A DNA stretch of 45,452 bases from Candidatus Eiseniibacteriota bacterium (lineage in GTDB: Bacteria > Eisenbacteria > RBG-16-71-46): assembly GCA_031370785.1 (NCBI GenBank), contig JANMQY010000021.1, positions 1 to 45,452 on the forward strand, written 5' to 3'. Positions within the stretch are counted from its first letter, which is position 1. The number at the start of each line of letters is the position of its first letter. Under the pieces are notes generated by a model. That model was not told the DNA's origin and did no database searches. It saw only the letters and a program-made list of their open reading frames with translations. Made by a program: the position numbers and the translations under genes. This document shows, piece after piece, positions 30,949-40,505 of this stretch.

Positions 30949-31024
30949 GCGGGCATAGCTCAGTTGGTAGAGCGCGAGCTTCCCAAGCTTGAGGTCGCGG
31001 GTTCGACCCCCGTTGCCCGCTCCA
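30949..31024 (+). tRNA. tRNA-Gly (anticodon CCC)
   Basis: 76-nt cloverleaf GCGGGCA...TGCCCGC-TCCA; anticodon arm CGAGC-TTCCCAA-GCTTG; GTTCGAC T-loop. Confidence 0.97.
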
Positions 31025-31087
31025 GTAGTGCTCGAACCCCAGGCGCGCCGGCGCGGGTACGCACGTCCCGGCGCGCCGAGTCATTTC

Positions 31088-32398
31088 ATGACCGCTCCCG
31101 TCGTCGCCATCATCGGTCGTCCCAACGTGGGCAAGTCCACGTTCTTCAACCGTGTCCTCGGCGAGCGGCGAGCGGTGGTGCACGACCGTCCCGGCATCAC
31201 CCGCGACCGCAACGCGGTGCGCGCCGAATGGACCGGCCGTCCCTTCCTGCTGGTCGACACCGGCGGATTCCTTCCGGCCTCGGCCGAAAGCCGCGACGCG
31301 CTGGTGCGCGAGCAGGCCGAGACCGCGATCGGGCTTTCCCAGGTGGTGGTGTTCATGGTGGACGCGAAGACCGGCGCGACCGACCTCGACGCGGCGATCG
31401 CTCGCAGCCTGCGCAAGCGGCAGGCCCACTGCCTGCTGGTGGTGAACAAGGTGGACAAGGCCCACGATCCGGTCGCTCACGATTTCCATCGGCTCGGCCT
31501 CGGAGATCCGATCCCGATCTCGTCTGAGAACGGCTACGGCATCGGCGATCTGCTCGACCGGATCGTCGACGCGCTTCCGACCGATGCGAGGCTGGCGCCC
31601 GAGCCCAAGTCGCGGATCGCGATCGTGGGCCGGCCCAACGTCGGCAAGTCGTCGATCGTCAACGCGCTGCTCGGCGAGTCGCGCATGGTGGTCGAGGCGG
31701 TGCCGGGCACCACCGTGGATGCGATCGACAGCGTGTGGCACACCGACAACGGCGACTTCACCCTGGTCGACACCGCCGGTATTCGCAGGCAGGCGCACTT
31801 CGGCGACGAGTCGGAATTCTTCGCGACCGTGCGCGCGCTGAATGCGCTCGAGCGCGCCGATGTCGCCGGGCTGGTGGTGGATGCGACCGAGGGATTCCAG
31901 CGGCAGGAAGCTCGGCTCGCGCACAGCGCGATGGACGCGGGATGCTCGGTGCTGCTCATCTACAACAAGTGGGATCTGATCCCGGGCCGGGATGCGGCAT
32001 GGAAGCGCCTGCTGGATGAGCGGCACGACCGCTATCCGACGCTGGCCGATCTTCCCGCGATCCCGGTCTCGGCGCTCGAGCGCACTCACCTCGGCAAGCT
32101 GCCGAAGGCGCTCGAACAGCGGCTCGAGGAGCATGCGCGCCGGCTCTCGACCACCCAGCTCAACAAGTGGCTCAAGGAGGCGCAGGCCAAGCGCCAGGCG
32201 GGGAGCACCAGCAGCGGGCGCGCCCCGAAGATCTACTATGCGACCCAGACCGGCAGCCAGCCGCCCGAGATCACTCTGTTCGTGAACGCGCCGAGCCGGC
32301 TCTCGGAAAACTACCGGAGATATCTGTGGCTGCACCTGACTGCGCACTTCGACTTTCATGGCACGCCGGTCCGTCTTCGCGTGCGCAAGAGCGACTGA
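31088..32398 (+). CDS. der: Ribosome biogenesis GTPase Der (EngA)
   Basis: Two GRPNVGKS G-domains with DTGG/DTAG and NKVD/NKWD; C-terminal KH-like domain. Confidence 0.97.
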   Translation: MTAPVVAIIGRPNVGKSTFFNRVLGERRAVVHDRPGITRDRNAVRAEWTGRPFLLVDTGGFLPASAESRDALVREQAETAIGLSQVVVFMVDAKTGATDLDAAIARSLRKRQAHCLLVVNKVDKAHDPVAHDFHRLGLGDPIPISSENGYGIGDLLDRIVDALPTDARLAPEPKSRIAIVGRPNVGKSSIVNALLGESRMVVEAVPGTTVDAIDSVWHTDNGDFTLVDTAGIRRQAHFGDESEFFATVRALNALERADVAGLVVDATEGFQRQEARLAHSAMDAGCSVLLIYNKWDLIPGRDAAWKRLLDERHDRYPTLADLPAIPVSALERTHLGKLPKALEQRLEEHARRLSTTQLNKWLKEAQAKRQAGSTSSGRAPKIYYATQTGSQPPEITLFVNAPSRLSENYRRYLWLHLTAHFDFHGTPVRLRVRKSD

Positions 32399-32408
32399 GG
32401 GAGGGACC

Positions 32409-33044
32409 GTGGTTAGATCGCTCGTGATCGCGCTTGCGATCGGCTACCTGAGCGGCTCGCTCCCGTGGGGCCTGTGGCTGAGCCGGTGGCTCCGCGGCGT
32501 GGACATCCGTAGCGTGGGCTCGAAGAACATCGGAGCGACCAACGTGTACCGCGAGCTCGGTCCCGCGGTCGGTGTGCCAGTGCTGATCCTGGACATGCTC
32601 AAAGGGCTTCTCCCGGTCGCGCTGGTGCCGGGCCTCCCGATCACCGCGCAGTTTCCGGGCGGGTTCGAATGGTGCAGGATCGCGGTCGGGCTCGCCGCGG
32701 TGGCGGGGCACGTCTGGACCTGCTTCGCGGCCTTTCGGGGAGGCAAGGGAGTCGCGACCGCGGCCGGCGTGCTGCTCGCGCTCGCCCCTCAGGCGTTCGC
32801 GGCCAGCGCGATCGTGTTCATTGCGACCGTGTCGATCTCGCGCTTCATCTCGCTCGGATCGATCCTCGCCGCGATCACCTTTCCGATGGCATTCGCGATG
32901 TTCAACGACGGCGCTCAGCGCCCCACCTTTCTGCTCGGCGTGATCATTGCCGGGATCGTGATCCTCACCCATCGCGAGAACATCGCGCGGCTTACCCGTG
33001 GCGAGGAACGGCGCTTCTCGCTCAGGAAAGGGAGCAGGACATGA
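32409..33044 (+). CDS. plsY: Glycerol-3-phosphate acyltransferase PlsY
   Basis: GSKNIGATN, DMLKG, FRGGKGVAT and HRENIARL motifs. Confidence 0.95.
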   Translation: MVRSLVIALAIGYLSGSLPWGLWLSRWLRGVDIRSVGSKNIGATNVYRELGPAVGVPVLILDMLKGLLPVALVPGLPITAQFPGGFEWCRIAVGLAAVAGHVWTCFAAFRGGKGVATAAGVLLALAPQAFAASAIVFIATVSISRFISLGSILAAITFPMAFAMFNDGAQRPTFLLGVIIAGIVILTHRENIARLTRGEERRFSLRKGSRT

Positions 33045-34033
33045 GTCGGGTCGCGGTGCTGGGCGCCGGATCGTGGGGAACGACGCTGGCCGTTCATCTG
33101 GTCGGGGCGGGTCACGAGGCCTCGCTATGGGGCAACGACCCGGCCGCGCTCGCCGACCTCGCCGCGGTTCGCGAGAATCGGAAGTTTTTGCCTGGCATCA
33201 CCCTTCCCCTGAGCGTTAAGGTTCAGCCGAAACTGGAAGCGGCGCTCGAAGGAGCGGAATTCACGCTGTTCGTGGTGCCGTCGCAGGCGGTGCGCGAGGT
33301 GGCGCTCCGGGTGGCGGGAACGGGTGCGGGCGGCGTGGTGGTGTGCGCCTCCAAGGGTCTCGAGTTGGGCACGCTCGAGCGGCTGTCCGAAGTGCTGAGC
33401 GAGACGCTGAAGGGTGCGCCGGTGATTCTCACCGGCCCGAGTCACGCCGAAGAGGTGAGCCGCGGAGTTCCGACCTCGATCGTCGCCGCTTCTCGCGACG
33501 CGGGGCGAGCGAAGTCGGTGCAGACTCTGTGCTCGACGTCGCTGCTGCGCGTGTACACCAACGATGACGTGGCGGGTTGCGAGTACGGCGCCGCCCTGAA
33601 GAACGTGGTCGCGATCGCCGCCGGGGTCTGTGACGGGCTGGGCTTCGGCGACAACACCAAGGGTGCTCTGCTCACTCGTGGCCTGGCCGAGATCGCCCGG
33701 CTCGGAGTGGCGATGGGAGGGCGGCGCGAGACGTTCTTCGGGCTCACCGGCATGGGCGACCTGATCGCCACCGCGATGAGCCGTCACAGTCGCAACCGGC
33801 ACGTGGGCGAGCGGATCGGGCGCGGAGAATCGCTGGAGCAGGTTCTGGGCGAGATGCTGATGGTGGCCGAAGGAGTGAACACGGCTCGTGTGGCGCGCGA
33901 TCTGGGCAACGCACGCAACGTGGACATGCCGATCACCGGCCAGGTGTGCGCGATGCTGTTCGAGGCTCGCAGCCCCCGCGAGGCGCTGCAGGCACTCATG
34001 ACACGGGACCTCAAGAGCGAGTCCTGGGCTTAA
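33041..34033 (+). CDS. gpsA: NAD(P)H-dependent glycerol-3-phosphate dehydrogenase
   Basis: GAGSWGT, SKGLE, GPSHAEEV, ALKNVVAIAAG, GDL and SRN motifs. Confidence 0.96.
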   Translation: MSRVAVLGAGSWGTTLAVHLVGAGHEASLWGNDPAALADLAAVRENRKFLPGITLPLSVKVQPKLEAALEGAEFTLFVVPSQAVREVALRVAGTGAGGVVVCASKGLELGTLERLSEVLSETLKGAPVILTGPSHAEEVSRGVPTSIVAASRDAGRAKSVQTLCSTSLLRVYTNDDVAGCEYGAALKNVVAIAAGVCDGLGFGDNTKGALLTRGLAEIARLGVAMGGRRETFFGLTGMGDLIATAMSRHSRNRHVGERIGRGESLEQVLGEMLMVAEGVNTARVARDLGNARNVDMPITGQVCAMLFEARSPREALQALMTRDLKSESWA

Positions 34034-34063
34034 GGCTCGCTCGGGAAGGAGACGGGTGACGAG

Positions 34064-34465
34064 TTGCCCCTGAAAACCGAGAGCGAGCCCGAGTCCAAGC
34101 TGTACCGCTCGATCAGCGAGGTGAGCGATCTGGTCGGCGTGAAGCCGCACGTGCTGCGCTACTGGGAGACCCAGTTCAGCATGCTGCGTCCCAAGAAGAA
34201 CCGCGCCGGCAACCGTATGTACCGGCCCGAAGAGGTCAAGCTCCTGATGCAGATCAAGGAGCTGCTCTACTCGCGGCGCTTCACCATCGCCGGCGCGCGC
34301 CGGCGCCTTCTCGACGTCAGGCGCGAGAAGGAGGCCCCGCAGGCCGAGCTCGGGTTCGTGGACGCCGATCGCAAGATGGTGCTCAACGAGATCCGCACCG
34401 AGTTGAAGCAGCTGCTCGCAAAGCTGCGCGGGCGTGAGACCGGCAGCCGCCTCGCGCGCTCCTGA
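34064..34465 (+). CDS. MerR-family HTH regulator
   Basis: KLYRSISEVS...PHVLRYWETQF...RAGNRMY...IKELLY...FTIAGAR; TTG start. Confidence 0.88.
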   Translation: MPLKTESEPESKLYRSISEVSDLVGVKPHVLRYWETQFSMLRPKKNRAGNRMYRPEEVKLLMQIKELLYSRRFTIAGARRRLLDVRREKEAPQAELGFVDADRKMVLNEIRTELKQLLAKLRGRETGSRLARS

Positions 34466-34537
34466 TCTCGCGCTTCATGGGCTCCACCGCCGGCACATAG
34501 GGCGGCGCGAACCGCGACTGACGCGGCTCGGGCCTGC

Positions 34538-34566
34538 TTGCAGGAATGTGCAGCGTCGCGTAGATT
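34538..34566 (+). promoter_or_regulatory. Candidate sigma70 promoter for tRNA-Pro(GGG)
   Basis: TTGCAG-17 nt-TAGATT. Confidence 0.6.
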
Positions 34567-34598
34567 TCCCCGCAATCCCCCATCGTCAAGCCTTGGGT

Positions 34599-34675
34599 CG
34601 GGGCGTAGCGCAGCCCGGTAGCGCACCTGCATGGGGGGCAGGTGGTCGCTGGTTCAAATCCAGTCGCCCCGACCA
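34599..34675 (+). tRNA. tRNA-Pro (anticodon GGG)
   Basis: 77-nt cloverleaf CGGGGCG...CGCCCCG-ACCA; anticodon arm CCTGC-ATGGGGG-GCAGG. Confidence 0.95.
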
Positions 34676-34762
34676 TTTCTCTCCTCCCGGCCCGCGCCCG
34701 GCGCCGCGCAATCGGCGCCGCCTCATGCGGCCACCGGCGTTCCAAGGACCGGCCGCCCGCGC

Positions 34763-35569
34763 ATGATCTCCTGGCTCGCGTACCGACTTGCCGAGACCGC
34801 TGTGCGCGTGCTGCCGCCCGCGTCGGCGGACCGCCTCGCGATCCAGCTGGCGCGCGCCGCCTTCGCCCTGGGGCTTCCGGCGCGACGCGCGGTCGAGCGC
34901 AATCTCGCGCCGCTGGTGCCGGACGATCCGTCCCTCCGCCGCCGGCATGCGCGCCAGTCGTTCGAGCAGTTCGCGCTCGCATTCGTCGATTTCCTGCGCC
35001 TCGAGCCGCCGGGGCCCGGCCAGCCGGAGCACGCGGTCGAGCTGGTGGGCGAGGAGCACCTGGAGTCGGCGCTTCTCTCCGGGCGGGGCGTGATCGTGTT
35101 GAGTGCGCACCTCGGCAGCTGGGAACGCGGTGCCGCGATCCTCGCCCATCGCCGCGGGCCGCTCTCGATCGCGGCGCGCGCGCACGCGAGCGCACGCGTC
35201 GAAGCCCTGTTCGCGAGGCGACGCCGCGCCCTGGGCATCACCCGGCTGACCGGGCGGTCGCTGTGGGTGAGCGCGGCGAGCGCTCTCAGGCGGCATGAAT
35301 GGGTGGCGCTCATGGGCGATCGCATCGCGCCCGGCCAGCGGCACTCGATGTGCGCATGGGCCGCCGCACTCGCGCGCCGCACCGGAGCCCTGGTGTTGCC
35401 CGCGGTCATGGTGCGCAGTGGTCACCAGCGCTGGTCGCTGTGCGTCGAGCCCCCGCTCACTCCCGAGGCGTGCGCGGCCGGCGGTTACCGCGCGGCGATG
35501 ATGCGCTACCTGAAACGCTATCCTGGGCAGTGGTGCGCGTTCGAGCCGCTGGCCGAGGGACCGGCGTGA
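34763..35569 (+). CDS. LpxL/PatA-type lipid acyltransferase
   Basis: GRGVIVLSAHLGSWE (HxxxxE), ALMGDR, ALARRTGA and YPGQW motifs. Confidence 0.8.
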   Translation: MISWLAYRLAETAVRVLPPASADRLAIQLARAAFALGLPARRAVERNLAPLVPDDPSLRRRHARQSFEQFALAFVDFLRLEPPGPGQPEHAVELVGEEHLESALLSGRGVIVLSAHLGSWERGAAILAHRRGPLSIAARAHASARVEALFARRRRALGITRLTGRSLWVSAASALRRHEWVALMGDRIAPGQRHSMCAWAAALARRTGALVLPAVMVRSGHQRWSLCVEPPLTPEACAAGGYRAAMMRYLKRYPGQWCAFEPLAEGPA

Positions 35570-36270
35570 TGCGGGTCGCGGCCCTGATCCCGGCGTATCA
35601 GGCGGCCCCCTATCTCGGCGACGTGCTGGCGCGCCTCGCCGCCCTGCCCGAACCGCCCGAGACGCTGGTGGTGGACGACGGCTCGCGCGATGCAACCGCT
35701 GAGGTGGCCAGGCAGTTCGGGGCACGGGTCCATTCGTTCGCAGGCAATCGCGGCAAGGGCTTCGCACTCCTCACCGGCTTCCGCCTTCTGCGCGACGTGG
35801 ATGCGGTCGTGACCCTCGATGCCGATGGGCAACATCCGCCCGAGTGCGTTCCCGACCTGATCCGCGCGGCCGCGAATGCCGATGTGGTTCTGGGAACGCG
35901 GCTGCGCACCGGCTCGATGCCGATGCTGCGGCGGCTCGCGAACTGGTCGAGCTCGGCATGGACCAGCGGGCTCGCGGGGCGCAGGATCTCGGACAGCCAG
36001 TGCGGCTTCCGCCTGTTCCGGCGCGAGGTGCTCGAGCGCACGCCGATCACCCCGGGACGCTACGAGGTGGAGACCGAGATGGCGGTGCGCGCCGCGCGAC
36101 TCGGGTTCCGCATCGCCGAGGTGGCGATTCCCACCGTCTATGGCGGCGAGAGCCATCTCACTCTGCATCGCGACGTGCCGCGCATCCTCGCGGTGATGGG
36201 CCGGCTCACGCTCGAGCGCCTCGCGCCGCCGCGGGCGATGCGCGACGCGCTGCGCGGCGGCGCGCGATGA
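35569..36270 (+). CDS. Family 2 glycosyltransferase (DPM1-like)
   Basis: IPAYQ, VDDGSRD, NRGKG, DADGQH and DSQCGFR motifs. Confidence 0.9.
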   Translation: MRVAALIPAYQAAPYLGDVLARLAALPEPPETLVVDDGSRDATAEVARQFGARVHSFAGNRGKGFALLTGFRLLRDVDAVVTLDADGQHPPECVPDLIRAAANADVVLGTRLRTGSMPMLRRLANWSSSAWTSGLAGRRISDSQCGFRLFRREVLERTPITPGRYEVETEMAVRAARLGFRIAEVAIPTVYGGESHLTLHRDVPRILAVMGRLTLERLAPPRAMRDALRGGAR

Positions 36271-37013
36271 CCATCCTCGTCACCAACGACGACGGGATCT
36301 TCGCGCCCGCGCTGATGCGACTCAAGGCCGAGCTGGCGCCGCTCGGACGCGTGATCATCGTCGCGCCGGATCGGGACCAGAGCGCGACCTCGCACTCGCT
36401 CACCCTGCACCGTCCGTTCCGGATCCATCGTCACGATACGGACGTCTACAGCGTGGATGGGACGCCCACCGACTGCGTGGTGACCGCCTACTACGGACTG
36501 CTCGATGAGACTCCGAATATGGTGATCTCGGGCATCAATCACGGACCCAACATGGGCGAGGACGTGTTCTATTCGGGCACTGTGGCCGCGGCGATCGAGG
36601 GCACGCTGCAGGGCGCCGCGTCCATGGCAGTGTCGCTGGTGACGCGCGATCTGACCGACTTCGCGGGCCCGGCAGCATTCGTCGCGCGCCTCGCCCGCAG
36701 CGTGATGGATCACGGGCTCAAGCCCCGACAGCTCCTCAACGTCAACATGCCCCACCTGCCGCAGGACCAGATCCAGGGGGTGCGCATCACCCGGCTCGGC
36801 AGCCGCACCTACCGCGACACGCTGGTGCGCAAGGTGGATCCGCGCGGCCGCGACTACTACTGGATCGGAGGACAGGATCCGGTATGGGACTCGCGACCCG
36901 GGAGCGATTTCGACGCGGTGCATGCCGGCTGGATCTCGGTCACTCCGATGCGGCTCGATCTCACCGACGACTCGGCGCTCGAAGCGATGCGTGGATGGTC
37001 GCTCGAGAAATGA
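36267..37013 (+). CDS. surE: 5'/3'-nucleotidase SurE
   Basis: ILVTNDDGI, GTPTDCV and SGINHGPN...YSGTVAAA motifs. Confidence 0.97.
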   Translation: MTILVTNDDGIFAPALMRLKAELAPLGRVIIVAPDRDQSATSHSLTLHRPFRIHRHDTDVYSVDGTPTDCVVTAYYGLLDETPNMVISGINHGPNMGEDVFYSGTVAAAIEGTLQGAASMAVSLVTRDLTDFAGPAAFVARLARSVMDHGLKPRQLLNVNMPHLPQDQIQGVRITRLGSRTYRDTLVRKVDPRGRDYYWIGGQDPVWDSRPGSDFDAVHAGWISVTPMRLDLTDDSALEAMRGWSLEK

Positions 37014-37693
37014 ATTCCCGGCCGGCTTCGGATTCCTACGCGCTGGCGAGGAGGCGCATGGTCGAGGAGCAGCTCTACGAGCGCGGCATCCGCGACCCGC
37101 GCGTGCTCGACGCCATGGCCGAGGTGCCGCGCCACCTGTTCGTGGATCCGGCGCTGGCGGCTCGCGCCTACGGCGATCACGCGCTGCCGACCGCTGAAGG
37201 ACAGACCATCTCGCAACCATGGATCGTGGCGCGCATGCTCGAGCTGGCGAGGCTCGAGCCCGACCAGCGCGTGCTCGAGATCGGAACCGGCAGCGGATAT
37301 CAGACCGCGCTGCTCGCGGGACTGGTCGAGCGCGTGTTCAGCGTGGAGCGCGTCGCATCGCTTTTGCGTGTCGCGCGAGAGCGTCTCGATACGCTCGGCG
37401 CGAGCAACGTCGCGCTGCGCCACGGCGACGGAAGTCTCGGTTGGCAGGAGTTTGCACCCTATGCTAGGGTCCTCGTCGCCGCCGCGGCGCCCCGTGTTCC
37501 CGACGCCTTGCGCGATCAGTTGGGGGAGCGGGGCCTTCTCGTCATTCCGGTTGGCGGATCCCAGTCACAGGTCCTCGAAACATGGCGCCGGGTGAACGGC
37601 GATCAGTGGGAGCATCACCGGCACGGCGAGTGCCGATTCGTTCCACTGGTCGGGCGCGACGCGTGGCGGGACGAAGAGGAAACAGCCGAATAG
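37010..37693 (+). CDS. pcm: Protein-L-isoaspartate O-methyltransferase
   Basis: VPRHLFV, QTISQP, VLEIGTGSGYQ and FVPLV motifs; follows surE. Confidence 0.96.
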   Translation: MNSRPASDSYALARRRMVEEQLYERGIRDPRVLDAMAEVPRHLFVDPALAARAYGDHALPTAEGQTISQPWIVARMLELARLEPDQRVLEIGTGSGYQTALLAGLVERVFSVERVASLLRVARERLDTLGASNVALRHGDGSLGWQEFAPYARVLVAAAAPRVPDALRDQLGERGLLVIPVGGSQSQVLETWRRVNGDQWEHHRHGECRFVPLVGRDAWRDEEETAE

Positions 37694-37705
37694 CGCATTC
37701 AGTGT

Positions 37706-37782
<77 letters not shown>

Positions 37783-37852
37783 TTTTTCCCTCACTCCGCC
37801 CGCTTCTCGGGATGACTTCCGGCAGCCCGCGTCGCATCCTGTCGACCACTCC

Positions 37853-38125
37853 ATGGCGAAACTCCGCATGATCGTCGAGGGCCGCGTCCAGGGAGTGGGC
37901 TTCCGCTGGTTCGTGCAGCGACGCGGAGAAGCCTTGCATCTGGACGGCCAGGTGCGCAATCTGCCGGACGGCTCGCTCGAAGTGATCGCGGCGGGTCCGC
38001 CCCGGGCGCTCGAGGCGCTGCGCGATGCGGTGCGCGAAGGTCCGTCCGCGGCGCGGGTCGTCGCGATTCGCGAGTTCTGGGATGAAGCCGGGGAGCCGGC
38101 GCGCGGCTTCCAAATCACGGATTGA
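37853..38125 (+). CDS. acyP: Acylphosphatase
   Basis: GRVQGVGFR, VRNLPDGSLE and GPSAARV motifs. Confidence 0.93.
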   Translation: MAKLRMIVEGRVQGVGFRWFVQRRGEALHLDGQVRNLPDGSLEVIAAGPPRALEALRDAVREGPSAARVVAIREFWDEAGEPARGFQITD

Positions 38126-38131
38126 GGGCCC

Positions 38132-39208
38132 ATGGACCCGCCGGAACTGGTGCGATTCCGCACGCGTCTCGATGAAGCGCTGAGCGAGGCAAGGCGACGC
38201 GGCTCGATACCCGCCCACGACTACGAGGCGCTGCTGGTCGATCCGGATTTCGACGACGCCGAATTCGAGCGCTTCCGTGAAGTCGCGCTCGGTGCCGGAG
38301 TCACGCTGCCCGAGGAGGCGGTCGAGGCGATCGAGGCCCCGCTCGGACGCGCCGTCCAGTTCGGAGAGTCCAGCGTCGACCTGCTCGACCGGTATCTCGC
38401 CGAGATCGGGCGCTTCCCGCTGATCCCGCACCCGGACCTGCTTCTGATCGCCGCCAGGTCGCGGGCCGGGGACGAAACTGCGCGCAAGAAGATCATCCTC
38501 GCCAACCTTCGGCTGGTGGTGCACCTCGCGCGCGGCTATCGCAACCGCGGGCTGCCGATGCTCGACCTGATCGAGGAAGGCAATCTCGGCCTGATCCACG
38601 CGGTCGACCGGTTCGAGCCGGAGCGCGGCCTGCGCTTCAGCACCTATGCCGCGATCTGGATCCGGCAGGCGATTCTGCGCGGCGTGGCCGAGCAGTCGCG
38701 CGCGGTGCGCATCCCGGTGCAGATGTTCCAGCAGGTGAATCGCTACGTCCGGGTCGAGCGAAAGCTGCGCGCGACGCTGGGACGCGAGCCCACGATCGAC
38801 GAGATCGCAAAGGAGCTGAACATCTCGGCGGCGCGCGCCGAGCGCCTCTCAGGGCTGCTCGCCGGCCTGCGCTCGCTGGACGAAGGCTCGAACATGGAGG
38901 CGTTCGAGCAGCTCAGCGCCGAGGATCTCGGCGAGGCGCCGATGTCGGTCGAACGCTTGGTCGAGCTGCAGCTCGAGCACGAGAAGGTCGACCGCCTGCT
39001 GCGCTCGCTGGCCCAGCGCGAGGAGCAGATCCTGCGTATCCGCTACGGATTCCACGACGGAGTCGCGCGCACGCTGGCCGAAACCGGCGAGCACTTCCAG
39101 ATCTCGCGCGAGCGCGTGCGCCAGATCGAGGCGCGCGCGCTCGAGAAGCTGCGTCATGCGATCGAGATGCAGGAGATGGACCGCTCGAGTGGCACCACCA
39201 TTCAGTAG
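38132..39208 (+). CDS. Sigma-70 family group 2-like (RpoS-like) sigma factor
   Basis: YLAEIG (region 1.2), [23 protein letters not shown] and SRERVRQIE (region 4.2); located downstream of surE-pcm. Confidence 0.88.
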   Translation: MDPPELVRFRTRLDEALSEARRRGSIPAHDYEALLVDPDFDDAEFERFREVALGAGVTLPEEAVEAIEAPLGRAVQFGESSVDLLDRYLAEIGRFPLIPHPDLLLIAARSRAGDETARKKIILANLRLVVHLARGYRNRGLPMLDLIEEGNLGLIHAVDRFEPERGLRFSTYAAIWIRQAILRGVAEQSRAVRIPVQMFQQVNRYVRVERKLRATLGREPTIDEIAKELNISAARAERLSGLLAGLRSLDEGSNMEAFEQLSAEDLGEAPMSVERLVELQLEHEKVDRLLRSLAQREEQILRIRYGFHDGVARTLAETGEHFQISRERVRQIEARALEKLRHAIEMQEMDRSSGTTIQ

Positions 39209-39270
39209 AGCGTACGCAGGTGCGTGATCCGGTTCCTGCGCCCTTTCCACTGCGCGAGGCTCTTTTCCCG

Positions 39271-39792
39271 ATGGCCGATCTCCGCTCGCTGATCCGCGAC
39301 GTTCCCGATTTCCCGAAGAAGGGCATCCTCTTCAAGGACATCACGCCGTTGCTCGCGGACCCTTTCGGGCTGGCCGAGTGCATCGCCCAGATGGCCGCGC
39401 TCGTCGCGCGGCCCGAAGCCGTGGTCGCGGTCGAGTCGCGTGGATTTATCTTCGGGACCGGGCTCGCGCTGCACTGGAAGGTTCCACTCGTGCCGGCGCG
39501 CAAGTTCGGCAAGCTCCCGTGCAAGACCGTTCGACAGGTGTATTCGCTCGAGTACGGCGAGGACACTCTCGAGCTGCACGCGGATGCCCTGCGTCCCGGC
39601 CAGCGGGTGGTGGTGGTGGATGACCTGCTCGCGACCGGCGGCACCGCGGAAGCCACCGCGCGCCTGGTCGAGCAGCTCGGATCGAGCGTCGAGGCGCTGC
39701 TGTTCGTGATCGAGCTGGAAGGCCTGGGAGGGAGGGCCAGACTCGCGCCGCGCCGGGTCGAAGCGCTGACGCGCTTCGAGGTGCGCGAATAG
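39271..39792 (+). CDS. apt: Adenine phosphoribosyltransferase
   Basis: PDFPKKGILFKDITPLL, ESRGF, YSLEYG and VDDLLATGGT motifs. Confidence 0.96.
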   Translation: MADLRSLIRDVPDFPKKGILFKDITPLLADPFGLAECIAQMAALVARPEAVVAVESRGFIFGTGLALHWKVPLVPARKFGKLPCKTVRQVYSLEYGEDTLELHADALRPGQRVVVVDDLLATGGTAEATARLVEQLGSSVEALLFVIELEGLGGRARLAPRRVEALTRFEVRE

Positions 39793-39814
39793 GCGGAACG
39801 GCAGTACGACCGAC

Positions 39815-40108
39815 TCAGTTCTTCCTGGGTTTCTTGTCGTGCCCCTGGCCGTGGCCGTGACCGTGACCGCCCTGTCCCATCACCTGCGTGGCCAGGGTAT
39901 CGGCCGCCGACCAGGTGCCGCCTCCCGCAGGATGCCAGCCTTCGTCTCCCGCCGCCAGGGTCATGCTGCTCGTGCCGGGGCCAACCATGCCATGCGACGG
40001 GTCGATCACGGGTGATGTGGGCATCCGGGCACCGCACCCGGTGAGATTCAGCAGCGCCAGCAGTCCGAGCCCAGCGAGCGCGCAACGATGTGTTCCATGC
40101 GCTTTCAT
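39815..40108 (-). CDS. Small lipoprotein with Gly/His-rich C-terminus
   Basis: AAGGAG SD; lipobox LTGC; GGHGHGHGQGH tail. Confidence 0.65.
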   Translation of the reverse strand: MKAHGTHRCALAGLGLLALLNLTGCGARMPTSPVIDPSHGMVGPGTSSMTLAAGDEGWHPAGGGTWSAADTLATQVMGQGGHGHGHGQGHDKKPRKN

Positions 40109-40166
40109 CAGAGACTCCTTCTCATCGGCTCGGATCGGATTGACCCGGCATCACCGAGGTACTACC

Positions 40167-40181
40167 GCAACCCATGTGCCG
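40167..40181 (-). promoter_or_regulatory. Candidate sigma54 promoter for the small lipoprotein
   Basis: CGGCAC-ATGGG-TTGC (GG-N10-GC). Confidence 0.55.
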
Positions 40182-40505
40182 CATCCGGTTTCCCATCCTG
40201 CATGGACCGATCGAGGGAATCGTGCGGAATCAGGCCGGTAAGGAGTGCGGGTTCGTGAATCCTGCAATGCGAATCCGCTGTCCATCCGCTCTCAACGCGA
40301 ATTCCACCCAGTCGAGTGGGAAGAATGGCCCCAAACTGCCATGCGCATGCGGAACGCCGCCGTGCTCGAATCCAGGATGTCTCGCGGCCGGACCCGCCCG
40401 ATCCGCTCCAGACGAATTGCGTGTTATGGTCCCGAGCGCGTTCAGACTTCTTCGTCGTCCAAGCCAACGCGGCCCAAGCGGCCCACGCTCTTGTGGAGGC
40501 TCACC

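Noticed and set aside
34626..34642. tRNA-Pro(GGG) with a G6 run as a +1 frameshift suppressor
   Set aside because: The anticodon loop is the normal 7 nt (ATGGGGG) closed by a 5-bp stem. Only the A32/G38 combination is mildly atypical.
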